A DNA stretch of 20,164 nucleotides from Tubulanus polymorphus (lineage: Eukaryota; Animalia; Nemertea): the NCBI RefSeq assembly GCF_964204645.1, contig NW_027437492.1, forward strand, positions 1-20,164. The letters run 5' to 3'. The notes under the pieces are model-generated. The model did not search any database. It was not told where the DNA came from and saw only the letters and a list, made by a program, of their open reading frames with translations. The position numbers and the translations under genes were made by a program. Shown here piece after piece: positions 19,466 to 20,164 of this stretch (positions within the stretch are counted from its first letter, which is position 1; each line of letters starts with the position of its first letter).

Positions 19466-20164
19466 TGATGAATTCAGCCAAAACGAGAAACTTGAATAGA
19501 AGAGTATATATATTTGCGCAACGTTTCGGCTTAAGACTTTTTTAGCTTTCTTCAGGCATACTGAGAACAGGAGAATGTTACAAGATATTCATACAAGACC
19601 AAAACAATAGAAACAGAGTGAGTGATTAAAATGTTGAAAGGGGAATAGATTAAAGTTATGACATAACAGCTGGAAAACAATAGTCAAGTAAGCAAAGGCA
19701 AACAAGGGGCAATTTAGATTAAAGTAATTTAAAAACAAAAGACACAAACTAAGTTGATTAAAACGTGAGGACAAGCTAAGGGGTAATCAGATGAAAATAA
19801 AGAGAAAGAACATAAAAGGCGTTAATCAGTGAGTAACTGGAAACAAGCAAGCAATATTCAAGGCACCCAATAGAGGGAATTAATACAACGGGGGTACAAG
19901 AGAAGCGAGAAATTTGGAGATCAAAAAGTTGTGGGGGAGAAACCGTTATTCAAATTAACACAATTTCCCGAATTTTCGATAATCAGAGCTGATTCCATAA
20001 TGTGCGGTTTAATTTTTGACGGACAGGGGAAAATTATGAAGGCATTTTCAAAATCAAAATTGTGGCTTGTTTCGTATACGAGATTGGCAACACCACTTTC
20101 AGGCTTGAAATTCTTAACATCATTCTTATGTTCACGGATGCGCTTGTGTAAATTGTACCCGGTT
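19465..20164 (-). mobile_element. 3' end of a second, diverged Penelope-like element (runs off the right edge)
   Basis: Frame 20163-19921 (not in the ORF track) reads TGYNLHKRIREHKNDVKNFKPESGVANLVYETSHNFDFENAFIIFPCPSKIKPHIMESALIIENSGNCVNLNNGFSP, then HNFLISKFL after a frameshift. Clearly homologous to the first PLE's EN tail. Hammerhead downstream. Left boundary approximate. Confidence 0.88.
19515..19560 (-). ncRNA. Degenerate minimal hammerhead ribozyme of the second PLE
   Basis: UAUGC-CUGAAGA-A-AGCUAAAAAAGUCUUAAGCC-GAAAC-GUU-GCGCA: core boxes intact, ACGU stem III, mismatches in stems I and II, GUU triplet. Confidence 0.65.

Overview
AT-rich eukaryotic (probably invertebrate) repeat region made almost entirely of transposon remnants, with no convincing host gene. 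Positions 1-11055 are a near-identical head-to-tail array of a 4,495-bp unit (at least 2.46 copies, running off the left edge). Each unit holds the 3' half of a Penelope-like retroelement (PLE: RT C-terminal part, GIY-YIG endonuclease, minimal hammerhead ribozyme, pseudo-LTR) plus about 3 kb of flanking DNA: a 21-bp minisatellite, a Mutator-type MITE and a decayed DUF7869/Sola-like transposase gene. The rightmost copy continues into the full-length but inactivated parent PLE (9628-12318, minus strand). That PLE sits inside a minisatellite-bearing host repeat whose uninterrupted paralog lies next door (about 12830-13425). The right part holds a Myb-like ORF remnant, a tRNA-derived sequence, a possible piggyBac MITE, an 83-nt hairpin, a BEL/Pao gag-protease remnant and the 3' end of a second, diverged PLE with its own hammerhead. 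Family assignments come from motif recognition by eye, not database searches.
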